DNA of 64,000 bases from Bacteroidaceae bacterium. Its GTDB lineage: Bacteria > Bacteroidota > Bacteroidia > Bacteroidales > Barnesiellaceae_A. The stretch is from contig JAFQRE010000016.1 in assembly GCA_017410245.1 (NCBI GenBank), positions 5,704 to 69,703 on the forward strand. The letters are read 5' to 3'. Made by a program: the position numbers and the translations under genes. Every line of letters begins with the position of its first letter. The first letter of the stretch is position 1. The notes under the pieces are model-generated. The model was not told where the DNA came from. It saw only the letters and a list, made by a program, of their open reading frames with translations, and searched no databases. Shown piece after piece: positions 20,050 through 29,599 of the stretch.

Positions 20050-21726
20050 TTATTTTACAATAAAGGTTTTCACACCTACACCTTCGGCATGAACATAACG
20101 CAATATGTATGTACCGGCAACAAGCGATGAAACATTCACCTCGGTCTTATGACCTGTCAATTGACCGGCTTGTGCTTGAGTACCGGCTATCGAATAGATA
20201 GCATACTCGCCACCGGCAGCAGGCACCTCTACAGTGATGTAGTCGTGAGCCACCGAAGGATATACACGCATAGCATCACTCATGACACTCTCTACTGCAT
20301 TATCAGAAACGATTTGGAACTTGAAGTCTCTCGTGAAAGACTCACCTGTGCGGTCATTGGTCACTGTCATATACAACTCGCGGAAGGCGGCTGCATCTTC
20401 TACAGTCTTGGTAGACACCAACTTACCATCTACCACCTCATAGGGCGAAGCCACGTGCTTGCCGGCGATATTTTTAGGGCCTTTGAGTTCATACAAGATA
20501 GTAGCCTCTTCGTCCTCGCAGAACACAGTCACATCGGCAAGAGCCACACCGGCAGCAGTTCCGGCTGTAAACTTGTTACGGCTCAACTCTATACCATAAG
20601 GAGCTGTTGTAGGCACACCTACACCTGTGATAGCACCATGGTGATACAAGAACGAAATACCTTGGTATGAGTCGGTCATATTATCAAGATTGAAGTATCC
20701 GTCACCGTAGCCACCCCAGCCCCAGTTACAGTGTACCATTTGAGTCGATTTTTGCCAACCGTCTATATTCCAGCAGTGGCCACCATTACCGGCCTCATCG
20801 GCGGCAGCTTGATAAAGCACTGCACGACCCATCAACAAGTCGGTCAATATGATATCATACCACTCGGCATCGCTATATTGGTAACGGAAGTAGAGGCCTA
20901 TTTTCTCTTTGTCATATTGGAAGTTCTTCACCAATGCACGAGCGGCATCGTCCATATACGCACCCGAGAATTGCAAACTATACATCATATCGATAGACAT
21001 ACCGGCATGATACAACATACGAGCCACCTCGTCATAGTTCTTGGTCTCATCGCACGAGAGAATGGCGTCCCAATCGTAAGCAGGCTCGGCATCGAAGTCT
21101 ATCGACAACTTACTCAGACCCTCAGGTGTATATGAATTAGAACCTACGGGACGAGCCGGGAAGCGTTGTACCATCATGGCTTGGGTCATACCCACTGCCA
21201 CACAACCTACAAGAGCGTGCTGGCCATTGATAGAGGGACAATACTTATTGTAAGGATTGCTTTGGTTGAGGTTGATAGTGATAAGAGGCTTGATGTCGGG
21301 GGTAGTATTAACATCAGCAGCAGGCTTGCGTTGCATCACACGCTCCCAACCTTGGTGTTTCATTTCCACACCGTCTTTCACACGAGCGGCTGTCATCTTG
21401 GCATTGAAGTCGAGCAACTCTTGCACAGGAGCAGGAGCCACAAACTTGCCTGTTGTGTTGTAGCCGATAACAGGAGTTGACGACGACTGTGCCGACACGA
21501 TAGCCCAGCCACCGGTTGTATATTCTACTACATAGTAGGCAGGCACACCATCATGTTCTACCATAGTGATAGTAGCATCGGTAGCACCTTGCCACGAGTC
21601 ATCGAGACTCAAGAAGTTGTCGGCGGTGAGCTTGGCAACATCTTGCGATATAAACTCGGCCGAAGCCACCATAAAGATTGTCGATACCAAAGTAGAGACA
21701 ATGAGAGTAAAGATCTTTTTCATCAT
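20050..21726 (-). CDS. C10 cysteine protease paralog 1 with T9SS CTD
   Basis: VGCVAVGMTQ, GHCWNIDG and HCNWGWGG motifs; CTD RVYPS...KTFIVK. Confidence 0.92.
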   Translation of the reverse strand: MMKKIFTLIVSTLVSTIFMVASAEFISQDVAKLTADNFLSLDDSWQGATDATITMVEHDGVPAYYVVEYTTGGWAIVSAQSSSTPVIGYNTTGKFVAPAPVQELLDFNAKMTAARVKDGVEMKHQGWERVMQRKPAADVNTTPDIKPLITINLNQSNPYNKYCPSINGQHALVGCVAVGMTQAMMVQRFPARPVGSNSYTPEGLSKLSIDFDAEPAYDWDAILSCDETKNYDEVARMLYHAGMSIDMMYSLQFSGAYMDDAARALVKNFQYDKEKIGLYFRYQYSDAEWYDIILTDLLMGRAVLYQAAADEAGNGGHCWNIDGWQKSTQMVHCNWGWGGYGDGYFNLDNMTDSYQGISFLYHHGAITGVGVPTTAPYGIELSRNKFTAGTAAGVALADVTVFCEDEEATILYELKGPKNIAGKHVASPYEVVDGKLVSTKTVEDAAAFRELYMTVTNDRTGESFTRDFKFQIVSDNAVESVMSDAMRVYPSVAHDYITVEVPAAGGEYAIYSIAGTQAQAGQLTGHKTEVNVSSLVAGTYILRYVHAEGVGVKTFIVK

Positions 21727-21763
21727 TAGAGGTGATTGATTGTTTAAATTGTTTATTTCGGTG

Positions 21764-21795
21764 CAAAGATATACATTCTATCGTACAATCACAAA
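21764..21795 (-). promoter_or_regulatory. Sigma-A promoter for C10 paralog 1
   Basis: Minus strand TTTG-N20-TATCTTTG, a perfect consensus match. Confidence 0.8.
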
Positions 21796-21870
21796 GAGAT
21801 TGACATTATTTATATATGCGACTCCATAATATATCATATACTACACAAAACACATTGCCGGCAAAGGCAT

Positions 21871-21911
21871 AAAGAAAAAGAAAGTGCACTCCACGCGGAA
21901 TGCACCTTCTT
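21871..21911 (-). terminator. Intrinsic terminator ending the susC operon
   Basis: aagaaagtgcactcc-acgc-ggaatgcaccttctt imperfect stem with an A-rich left flank. Confidence 0.65.
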
Positions 21912-21932
21912 GATACTCGTTATAGAGATTTA

Positions 21933-23396
21933 TTATTTCTTAATAACGCGGAATTCGCGGGGAAGATCCTTGATAGCAGACATTTCCAAGCGAATGGGAG
22001 TCTCATAGTAGTTCACTTGTGATGCGCCCAATATGCTCTCATCAACGATTAAGAGTTGCTCGAAATCGAACAAAATGTAGGGACTTTCACCTCGGCCAAG
22101 ATCGGCTATAAAGATTACACAAGGGCTATAAGCGGCATTAACCAAAACTTCGTTACCATTCATCTCATCTACTATAAAATCACAAGTTGTATAGAGACTA
22201 CCTGTTGAAGGATCCCAACTTGCAAAGTAGCACTCTTGCTGAGCACTTGCACCGGCGTTTGTAAGGTCATAGGTACCGGCTACAACAAGACCGTTAGGAG
22301 CTGTAGAATTGGGATCAAAGAATGTAAGCCATGAATAAGTGTTACCATCTTGTGCTTGAGCTTCATAAGAGAAACAAGGCACATCATAAACTTGAGCATT
22401 GGTCAAAATAGACATTACGCTGGGCATTGACCATTCATTTGCAATGAGAGCTGAGCCAAAATACTCGCTCAAATCAACATTACTTTGTACTAAAGATACT
22501 TGGAAAAAGTCCGAACCTACTTCTTTCTCTGATTCGTCTTCAGTAAATGAAGTAGAAAGACCATAATAAGCATAATTAGCACCGTCTTGGAGGAAGCCTT
22601 CTATCTCAACATCACCACCGGGGTTATTCTCATAGCTCCACCAGGGACCTGTGGGAAGGAGGTCGGCATCGAGACCATTCTCGATAGCCACCATCTTGTT
22701 CTCATAGAGGTCGGTTACAGCACCCTCGGCAAACGAGAGAAGCACAAACGACATGGCGTTCTCGGGGAATGCTACAGTCTCGGGCAATGTAACAGTGAGG
22801 TTGCTACCCGAAGCAGTTGCAACAGCATCACCTGTATCAATAGTCTCAAGGTTTTCGTCGAGAACAGCATAAGTGATAGCACCCATGTTGTCGTTGCGAA
22901 TGATAGCCTCGTTGAATGCAAGAGTTACTCTTCTACCTTGTTGAGCGGGAGTGAGGGGGAATACCGAAGTGATGTAAGGAGCAGTCACGTCGTAAGCACC
23001 AATCACCTTAGCAAAAGTAGTTTGTACACCTGCACCATTGGCAGCAACTACATAGAGGTAGTAAGTAGTACCGGGAACAACACCGGGGTAGTTGACAGAT
23101 TTGGCATCACCCGCCGAATCAACTTCAGCTACTAATGCGCCATAACCACCTTGCAAGAGAGTGGTATAATCAATCTCCACAGGCTCAGTACTGATTGTAA
23201 GAGCAATATTGGTAGCATGCTTAGTGATAATCTCGATAGGCAATGTCTCAGAGAGGACAGAGTCGGGAGTATTAACAGTAAGCTCAGCTACAGGACCCCA
23301 TGTATCGGGTGCCATGGGTTCGATATTCTCCCATTGGGCGCAACCGGTCATGATAAGACCGATTGCGAGAGAGAGCATATATACTAACTTTTTCAT
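21933..23396 (-). CDS. SusCD-associated acidic surface lipoprotein with FN3/Ig-like domains
   Basis: Lipobox MTGC; PGTTYYLYVVAAN (FN3-like); D.TAP...VTLAFNEAI...EGAVTD (Big_5-like); no catalytic motif recognised. Confidence 0.7.
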   Translation of the reverse strand: MKKLVYMLSLAIGLIMTGCAQWENIEPMAPDTWGPVAELTVNTPDSVLSETLPIEIITKHATNIALTISTEPVEIDYTTLLQGGYGALVAEVDSAGDAKSVNYPGVVPGTTYYLYVVAANGAGVQTTFAKVIGAYDVTAPYITSVFPLTPAQQGRRVTLAFNEAIIRNDNMGAITYAVLDENLETIDTGDAVATASGSNLTVTLPETVAFPENAMSFVLLSFAEGAVTDLYENKMVAIENGLDADLLPTGPWWSYENNPGGDVEIEGFLQDGANYAYYGLSTSFTEDESEKEVGSDFFQVSLVQSNVDLSEYFGSALIANEWSMPSVMSILTNAQVYDVPCFSYEAQAQDGNTYSWLTFFDPNSTAPNGLVVAGTYDLTNAGASAQQECYFASWDPSTGSLYTTCDFIVDEMNGNEVLVNAAYSPCVIFIADLGRGESPYILFDFEQLLIVDESILGASQVNYYETPIRLEMSAIKDLPREFRVIKK

Positions 23397-23424
23397 TGTT
23401 ATATTTGCTTTACTGAGTTATACA

Positions 23425-24390
23425 TTATTTTTTAACCATTGTAGGAGCTTGGATAGCTTGATACCACCACTCATTAGCAGCGATGTTACCTACACCAAAA
23501 CCGTCGCTGAAGCTGATAGTTACACCACCATCTACCACCTCGAAGTTAGCAATATTAATGCCAGACAAAACAGGAGAGTTACCAACACCGGCTATAACCA
23601 TGTTATAGCTTTGACCTTCGCCACCATATACGCATTGTCCGTAAGGCATTGCTATAGTACCCTTAGCAACATCTACAAGAGCATATACAGGATAGATTGA
23701 GCCTGCAGAGAGACCACCAAACATACAGATGGGTTGGAACCAGATCTTATTGTCAGCCTCATCGTCACGAGAGATTGTCACCTCCCAGCTTTCATCGGGG
23801 TAACCGTCGAACATAGAAGCAGCGGTAGCAGCATAAGTACCAACGAGCATGTTCATGGGGTCCTCATCGTCGGCAATAGTCACAGCAAATATGCTGTGAG
23901 CACCGAGGTTGCAACCCTTAACATTGTTGAGAACAAGGTCGAACTTCTTGTCACCACCTTGTTGGTTGTTGTCGATAGTTTGAACATAGATAGAAGCGAA
24001 ACGATGATCGGCATCGAACTTGATAACGTTACCGGCTGTCAAATCAACAGTTTGAACGTTTGAACGGTTCTTTTGAGTATCCTCGTTATAAACTTCGGCA
24101 CCAACAAAAGTGAAAGCCTCACCTACCTTGGCACGGAGAGCCTCGGCATAAGCAGTATCAACAGCCTCGAAAACAACCTCGGCATTGATACCTTCTACAG
24201 AAGCACAGTGCAATTTCACTTCGAGCATACCGGGAACACCGTCAACGGCCTCTTTAACAATAGCCGAAGCACCCTCGAAGGCAATATAAGCTTGCGTATT
24301 GTCATCAAAGACAGGTTGCTTGTTGAGATCGCAAGAAGCAAAGAGCAACGAAGCTGCAAGCGTAGTGTATATTAAACTTTTAATTTTCAT
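23425..24390 (-). CDS. SusCD-associated lipoprotein with a Calx-beta-like domain
   Basis: Lipobox FASC; IAFE......KE, IDNNQQGGDKKFDLVL and VTIADDED resemble Calx-beta. Confidence 0.7.
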   Translation of the reverse strand: MKIKSLIYTTLAASLLFASCDLNKQPVFDDNTQAYIAFEGASAIVKEAVDGVPGMLEVKLHCASVEGINAEVVFEAVDTAYAEALRAKVGEAFTFVGAEVYNEDTQKNRSNVQTVDLTAGNVIKFDADHRFASIYVQTIDNNQQGGDKKFDLVLNNVKGCNLGAHSIFAVTIADDEDPMNMLVGTYAATAASMFDGYPDESWEVTISRDDEADNKIWFQPICMFGGLSAGSIYPVYALVDVAKGTIAMPYGQCVYGGEGQSYNMVIAGVGNSPVLSGINIANFEVVDGGVTISFSDGFGVGNIAANEWWYQAIQAPTMVKK

Positions 24391-24419
24391 TTTTACTAAA
24401 ATTTAAATATTAGTATTAA

Positions 24420-25862
24420 TTACCAACCGGGGTTTTGTACCAAATTGGGGTTCACGTCAAACTCGCTCTCAACGAAGGGCATGCACCAGTATTTGCTTGT
24501 AGCGGGCACGTCTTTGTTGATAGCTGAAGAAACGTCGGTACGAACGAGATCGCGTTGGAGACGTTTGTAGTCGTGGAAGAGGTGACCCTCGAAGGCCAAC
24601 TCACGACGACGCTCATTGAAGATATCGTCGGCCGAAACAACAGCAAACTCGGCAGCGTTACGGTTTGAAGCGATAACGTTGATATCAGAAGTAGCACCAT
24701 TGATGTTACCTTGCTCATAACGAGCCTCGGCACGTACAAGGTACATCTCAGAGATACGGATCATAGGAATGCTTGAGTAAGCAACGGGACCGCCATCTTT
24801 ACCTTGGTACTTGTTGGGCCAGTAGTAACCGGTGTGCTCATCAGAAGTGCGGAGCATCTCTTTACGAACGTCACCATCGGCATAGAGCTCGAGGAGGTCG
24901 TTAGATACGCGAATGTCACCGTACTCATCGGGGTGAGTCAAGTTACCGGGAGAAGAGTTCAACGAACCCTCAACTTGGCTAACATAGGCAGCGAAGATGA
25001 TTTCACCGGCACCTTCCCAAGTAACATCGCCCCAGAAAGTTTGATAAGTAGCAGCATCGGCAATTTGATAATCGCCCGAGTTGATTACGTTAGTAGCGTG
25101 AAGCTCAGCGTTAGCATAGTCGTTCATATAGAGATATACGCGAGCGAGGAGAGCCTCGATAGCACCTGCAGAAACGGCACACTTAGCGTCATATACACCG
25201 GCACGTACATACTCGGGATCGATAATCTCGAGAGCTGTAGTGAGGTCTTCAACGATAAGCTCATAGTTCTTAACTGTAGTTTCACGAGCGGGTTTTTGCA
25301 ATACACTCACGTTGGCATCTTCGCTTGTAACGGGAACACCAAGAGACTTCACATCACCCTCGGGAGCAGCAACAGCTACAGCATAGGGTTGAGCATACCA
25401 ACGAACGAGGTCGAAGTAGCACAAAGCGCGTACAAAGAGACACTCGGCCATGAGGTTATCCAAGTCTTGTTGTTTCACGCCATCCTCTTTGAGGTAATTC
25501 TCGGCGTTGTTTTTGATAGCATAGATAACGTTGTTACAACGCAAGATGTTGGTATAGGCACTACCAAATACGGGACCACCACCGGCCTCGGTGAAGTTCC
25601 AAGTTTGCCAGTTCATACCACGACCCGAGTTCAAGGGAATACCTGCTACGCAGTTACCGCACATTACATCGGGGTACAAGAGGGTGTTAAGACCATACCA
25701 ACCCTCCGAGCGGAAAGCCGAATATGTAACGGCTGCAGCACCGTCGATACCACTGTATACAGACAAGGCCTTATCAGAGTCGAGATAGATTTCGGGCGGC
25801 GTTGTAAGGTCGCACGAAACAAGGCCAAGCGCAACGGCTGCTAATAAAAATATCTTTTTCAT
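24420..25862 (-). CDS. SusD/RagB family lipoprotein
   Basis: Lipobox LVSC; ECLFVRALCYFDLVR, ALLARVYL, RISEMYLVRAEA, ERRRELAFEG and C-terminal QNPGW. Confidence 0.95.
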   Translation of the reverse strand: MKKIFLLAAVALGLVSCDLTTPPEIYLDSDKALSVYSGIDGAAAVTYSAFRSEGWYGLNTLLYPDVMCGNCVAGIPLNSGRGMNWQTWNFTEAGGGPVFGSAYTNILRCNNVIYAIKNNAENYLKEDGVKQQDLDNLMAECLFVRALCYFDLVRWYAQPYAVAVAAPEGDVKSLGVPVTSEDANVSVLQKPARETTVKNYELIVEDLTTALEIIDPEYVRAGVYDAKCAVSAGAIEALLARVYLYMNDYANAELHATNVINSGDYQIADAATYQTFWGDVTWEGAGEIIFAAYVSQVEGSLNSSPGNLTHPDEYGDIRVSNDLLELYADGDVRKEMLRTSDEHTGYYWPNKYQGKDGGPVAYSSIPMIRISEMYLVRAEARYEQGNINGATSDINVIASNRNAAEFAVVSADDIFNERRRELAFEGHLFHDYKRLQRDLVRTDVSSAINKDVPATSKYWCMPFVESEFDVNPNLVQNPGW

Positions 25863-25885
25863 ACTTCTTTATTCTTTACAAGTTA

Positions 25886-28864
25886 TTAGAATGAAATATC
25901 AAGACCTACGATAAATGATTTGGTAGTAGGATATTGACCCAATGAAACACCTGAAGTACCACGCTCGGGATCCCAGTATGTAGCATCGTGGAGAGTGATG
26001 AGGTTGTAACCGCTGACATAAACACGGAGGTTGTTGATAGCAGCTTTCTTCATCCACTTAGCGGGGAATGTATAACCGAGAGTCAAGTCTTTCACGCGGA
26101 GGTAATCACCACGCTCGAGGAAACGAGTTGATGAAGTCCAAGAAGAGTTAGTACCGTTGTTGGCGATAGGCATAGGAGAGCAACCGGTGTCACCGATTTC
26201 TTTCCAGTAGTTACCAGCAACCTTCAACTGGTTGTAACCAAATGTAGCACCGTCATTCCAAATCAATTGGTGGTCGGGATAGAGGAGGTAGTTACCAATC
26301 TTATACTCGAAGCTTGCGCTGAAGTCGATACCGTTCCAGTTCAAAGCAGTGTTGAAACCACCGGTAGCGATAGGTTCGGGAGAACCTTTGTAAACACGAC
26401 GAGCCTCGTCGAAGCTGTTGGTGATCGCACCTTCTTCGTTATACCAGAGAGCCTCACCATTAACGGGGTTAACACCGGCATAGTCGTAGAGGTAGAATTG
26501 CATCAACTGCTCACCTTGTACGGCGCGGATACCGCTACCGAGTGAGAGGTAATCTTTGTCACCAATGTTGATAACTTTAGACTTGTTGTAAGAGAAGTTG
26601 ATACCGAATGTCCATTGGAGGTCGTTGTTGTTGATAATATCAACATCGAATTGAGCCTCAACACCTTGGTTCAAGAGTGAACCAACGTTCTTGGTCATTG
26701 AGCTGAAACCGGTAGTCAAAGGAATACGAGTTGCGAGCAACATGTCCTCAGTAGTACGGTGGTAGTACTCCAATGATCCCGAGAAGCGATCCCAGAAACG
26801 GAAGTCAACACCGACGTTGTGAGCCAAGTTAGTTTCCCAAGTAAGGTCGGGGTTAGGCAAGTTGATAGGAGCCGAACCGTTAACACCATTGTAAGTACCC
26901 GAGCCATAGAGAGCGTAAGCCAAGTATGCACCGATGTTGTTGTTACCGTTTACACCATAGCTATAACGGAGTTTCAATTGGTTAACCCATTCAGCATCTT
27001 CCATGAATGATTCTTTGTCAACATTCCAAGAAGCACCTACCGACCAGAAGAGACCCCAGCGACGGTTTTCACCGAAGAGTGAGCTACCATCACCACGAAC
27101 CGATGCTTGCAAGTAATATTTTTGACGATAGTTGTAGTCGGCAACACCGAAGAACGAAAGCATCTTCTCATCTACCGAGCTATAACCAAGCAAGTAAGTG
27201 CTTTGGGGAGCGTTATCGGGGAAAGGAAGCAACTCGTTCACGTCGCGAGCTTGATAAGAATCGCCGAAGCTTCTTGTATAAGTGTACTCTTGACCTGCCA
27301 ATACACGGAGGAAGTGCTCATCGTTGAAGTTATCCTCGTAAACAGCAGTATTAGAAGTAGTAATAGCTTGATATTGTGAGTTACCACCGGCAACAACGTT
27401 TTGGTTGGTTGTTGTCATGTAACCGGGCTCATAAGAGTAGTTACGAGTGAAGAGCAACTCAACGCTATTGTTAGACTTGAATGTCAATTGACGGATAGGT
27501 TTCCACTCCAAGTACATTGTACCATTCATCTTGTAGTGAGTATCGTATGTATTCTTGTCGAATGCATAAGCCAAGGGGTTGATATCGTTGTACAAGGGGA
27601 GGTTGAAGTTGTAAGAACCGTCTTCGTTATAAATAGGATATGTGGGAGGCATTACAACACCACCGAAGAAGGGGTTGGTAAATGTCCAATTGTCGGCTTG
27701 GTTGGTTGACTCACCGGTCATGCGAATGTAACCACCATTGACACGAGCACCAAATTTCAACCATTTGTTCAACTCGCTATCAACGTTTACACGCATGCGG
27801 AGGTTTTGATAGTCAGAACCGTAAGTAATACCTTGGCTCTTGTTGTAAGCGATAGAAGCATAGTAGTTAGTCTTAGCAGTACCACCTTGAGCATTCACCT
27901 CATACTCTTGCATAGAGCCCTCACGAGTAAGAGCGTCCATCCAGTTGTAAGATCTTTGAGCTTTGGTACCGATAGGCATATAATACTCGCTATAGGGATC
28001 GTCGGGGTTGTAGCCACCGTTGATAGCAGCGTCGCGATACCAATCAACAAACTCTGAACCATTCATGACAGCGTAGTTGTTGTCATTGGCGAGAGTAGTG
28101 ATACCGGCACGTACACGAGCTGTGATGCGAGCTTTACCTTCGCTGTTCTTACCGCTCTTGGTTGTGATAAGGATCACACCGTTGGCAGCACGCGAACCGT
28201 AGATAGAAGCAGCAGCAGCATCTTTCAACACAGTGATTGAAGCGATATCGCTGGGGCTGATGAGGGCGATAGCATTGGTACTTTCGGCAGCACCACCCGA
28301 GATATCACCACTCATTACGGGAATACCATCGACTACATACAATGGGTTGCTACCGGCCGAGAGTGAAGAAGTACCACGTACACGGATTGTAGTGGTAGCA
28401 CCGGGCTGACCATTGCTACTTGTAATTTGCACACCGGCCATTTTACCTTGCAACATCTTATCGACTGATGTAGCAGGGATAGAAGCCAACTCGTCACCGC
28501 TTACTTGAACAACGGCACCGGTCTTTGCTTCGCGACTTTGTACACCGTAACCAACCACGATTACCTCATCGAGAGTAGTCGTAGAAGATAGAGTCACTAC
28601 CATGCCATCACGAGCAAACACTTCGGCTTTCTCCATACCGATGTAGGAGATAACAAGTGTTTTAGAGCCGTCAGGCAACTTGATAGAGAAGCGTCCATCG
28701 GCATCAGTGATTGCCGATGAGTTTGTACCCTTCACGAGGACAGATGCACCATAGATAGGCAGATCGTCGTCGCCAGAAATAACTGTACCTGTTATGGTCT
28801 TTTGAGCCATAGCAGACGTTACTCCTACTAACAGGGCACACAAGAACATTGTTAGTTTTCTCAT
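25886..28864 (-). CDS. SusC/RagA family TonB-dependent transporter
   Basis: Plug motif PLYVVDG...LKDAAAASIYGSRAANGVILITTK, NPDLTWE, and terminal F. No N-terminal signalling extension. Confidence 0.96.
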   Translation of the reverse strand: MRKLTMFLCALLVGVTSAMAQKTITGTVISGDDDLPIYGASVLVKGTNSSAITDADGRFSIKLPDGSKTLVISYIGMEKAEVFARDGMVVTLSSTTTLDEVIVVGYGVQSREAKTGAVVQVSGDELASIPATSVDKMLQGKMAGVQITSSNGQPGATTTIRVRGTSSLSAGSNPLYVVDGIPVMSGDISGGAAESTNAIALISPSDIASITVLKDAAAASIYGSRAANGVILITTKSGKNSEGKARITARVRAGITTLANDNNYAVMNGSEFVDWYRDAAINGGYNPDDPYSEYYMPIGTKAQRSYNWMDALTREGSMQEYEVNAQGGTAKTNYYASIAYNKSQGITYGSDYQNLRMRVNVDSELNKWLKFGARVNGGYIRMTGESTNQADNWTFTNPFFGGVVMPPTYPIYNEDGSYNFNLPLYNDINPLAYAFDKNTYDTHYKMNGTMYLEWKPIRQLTFKSNNSVELLFTRNYSYEPGYMTTTNQNVVAGGNSQYQAITTSNTAVYEDNFNDEHFLRVLAGQEYTYTRSFGDSYQARDVNELLPFPDNAPQSTYLLGYSSVDEKMLSFFGVADYNYRQKYYLQASVRGDGSSLFGENRRWGLFWSVGASWNVDKESFMEDAEWVNQLKLRYSYGVNGNNNIGAYLAYALYGSGTYNGVNGSAPINLPNPDLTWETNLAHNVGVDFRFWDRFSGSLEYYHRTTEDMLLATRIPLTTGFSSMTKNVGSLLNQGVEAQFDVDIINNNDLQWTFGINFSYNKSKVINIGDKDYLSLGSGIRAVQGEQLMQFYLYDYAGVNPVNGEALWYNEEGAITNSFDEARRVYKGSPEPIATGGFNTALNWNGIDFSASFEYKIGNYLLYPDHQLIWNDGATFGYNQLKVAGNYWKEIGDTGCSPMPIANNGTNSSWTSSTRFLERGDYLRVKDLTLGYTFPAKWMKKAAINNLRVYVSGYNLITLHDATYWDPERGTSGVSLGQYPTTKSFIVGLDISF

Positions 28865-29109
28865 ACGTCTGAATTTAATTAAACATTAGTATAAATAATA
28901 AAAAAGTAATTCTCTCAAATAGTTTCTCTCTTTACGCGAAAGAGTGGTATTAGTTTGCGGTTATTAAGGTTTTCCTCACATACAAGTTGCTGCCTACGGC
29001 AACATCTTGCCATCTTTTTGCCACTTTGAGTAGAAGCCGATATTGCACTACAAATGCCACAAATGACACCTCGCATCGGCACACACTCTTAGCGACAATA
29101 AGAGTTTTA

Positions 29110-29117
29110 CAAAGATA
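29110..29117 (-). promoter_or_regulatory. -7 promoter box upstream of susC
   Basis: Minus strand TATCTTTG about 245 nt upstream of the ATG; no -33 box at canonical spacing. Confidence 0.55.
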
Positions 29118-29599
29118 GCAAGAAAGAAGCAAAAAAAATAGTCCCGATTGCAAATCGCACGTTTTTTGTTTCTATCAATAACCAAATCGGAACAAAACTT
29201 TCTACCATTTTATCAACAGGCACTCGGAACACCATGCAAACAACTGTATATCAAGCATGTATTTTATGCGCAAAAGCTATCATTTATTAACATCTGCAAG
29301 GGATAAAACACATGTTAATAAAAGTTAATCAAATAATTTCAGCAATAAACTTCGGTTTGTTTTTTCTTAAAGCGGTCGATTTTTTAACATAAAAAATTGC
29401 TAAATTAACACTTTGTGCAATCAATAGTGGTAGCACATGAACTCAAAAGGGAGCATTACGACAGCATATACATATATTTAATATCGGCATGCTCACTTCG
29501 GCGCACATAGAACGACAAAATGAGCAGTGAGTGGGATTGATATATCAATTTGTCAGATTTAACCATCGGCAATAAGATTTTTATTATATTTGCAACGAT

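Noticed and set aside
16527-21726. Repeated 3' ends as a diversity-generating retroelement or shufflon
   Set aside because: No reverse transcriptase or recombinase in the window; differences are not adenine-specific; all three copies are intact, co-oriented genes.
24804-25844. 346-aa antisense ORF over susD (likewise 969-1829, 11353-12390, 43894-44898, 48521-49381 and 61313-62200)
   Set aside because: Fully overlap well-supported genes on the opposite strand; stop-poor antisense frames are expected from the codon bias.
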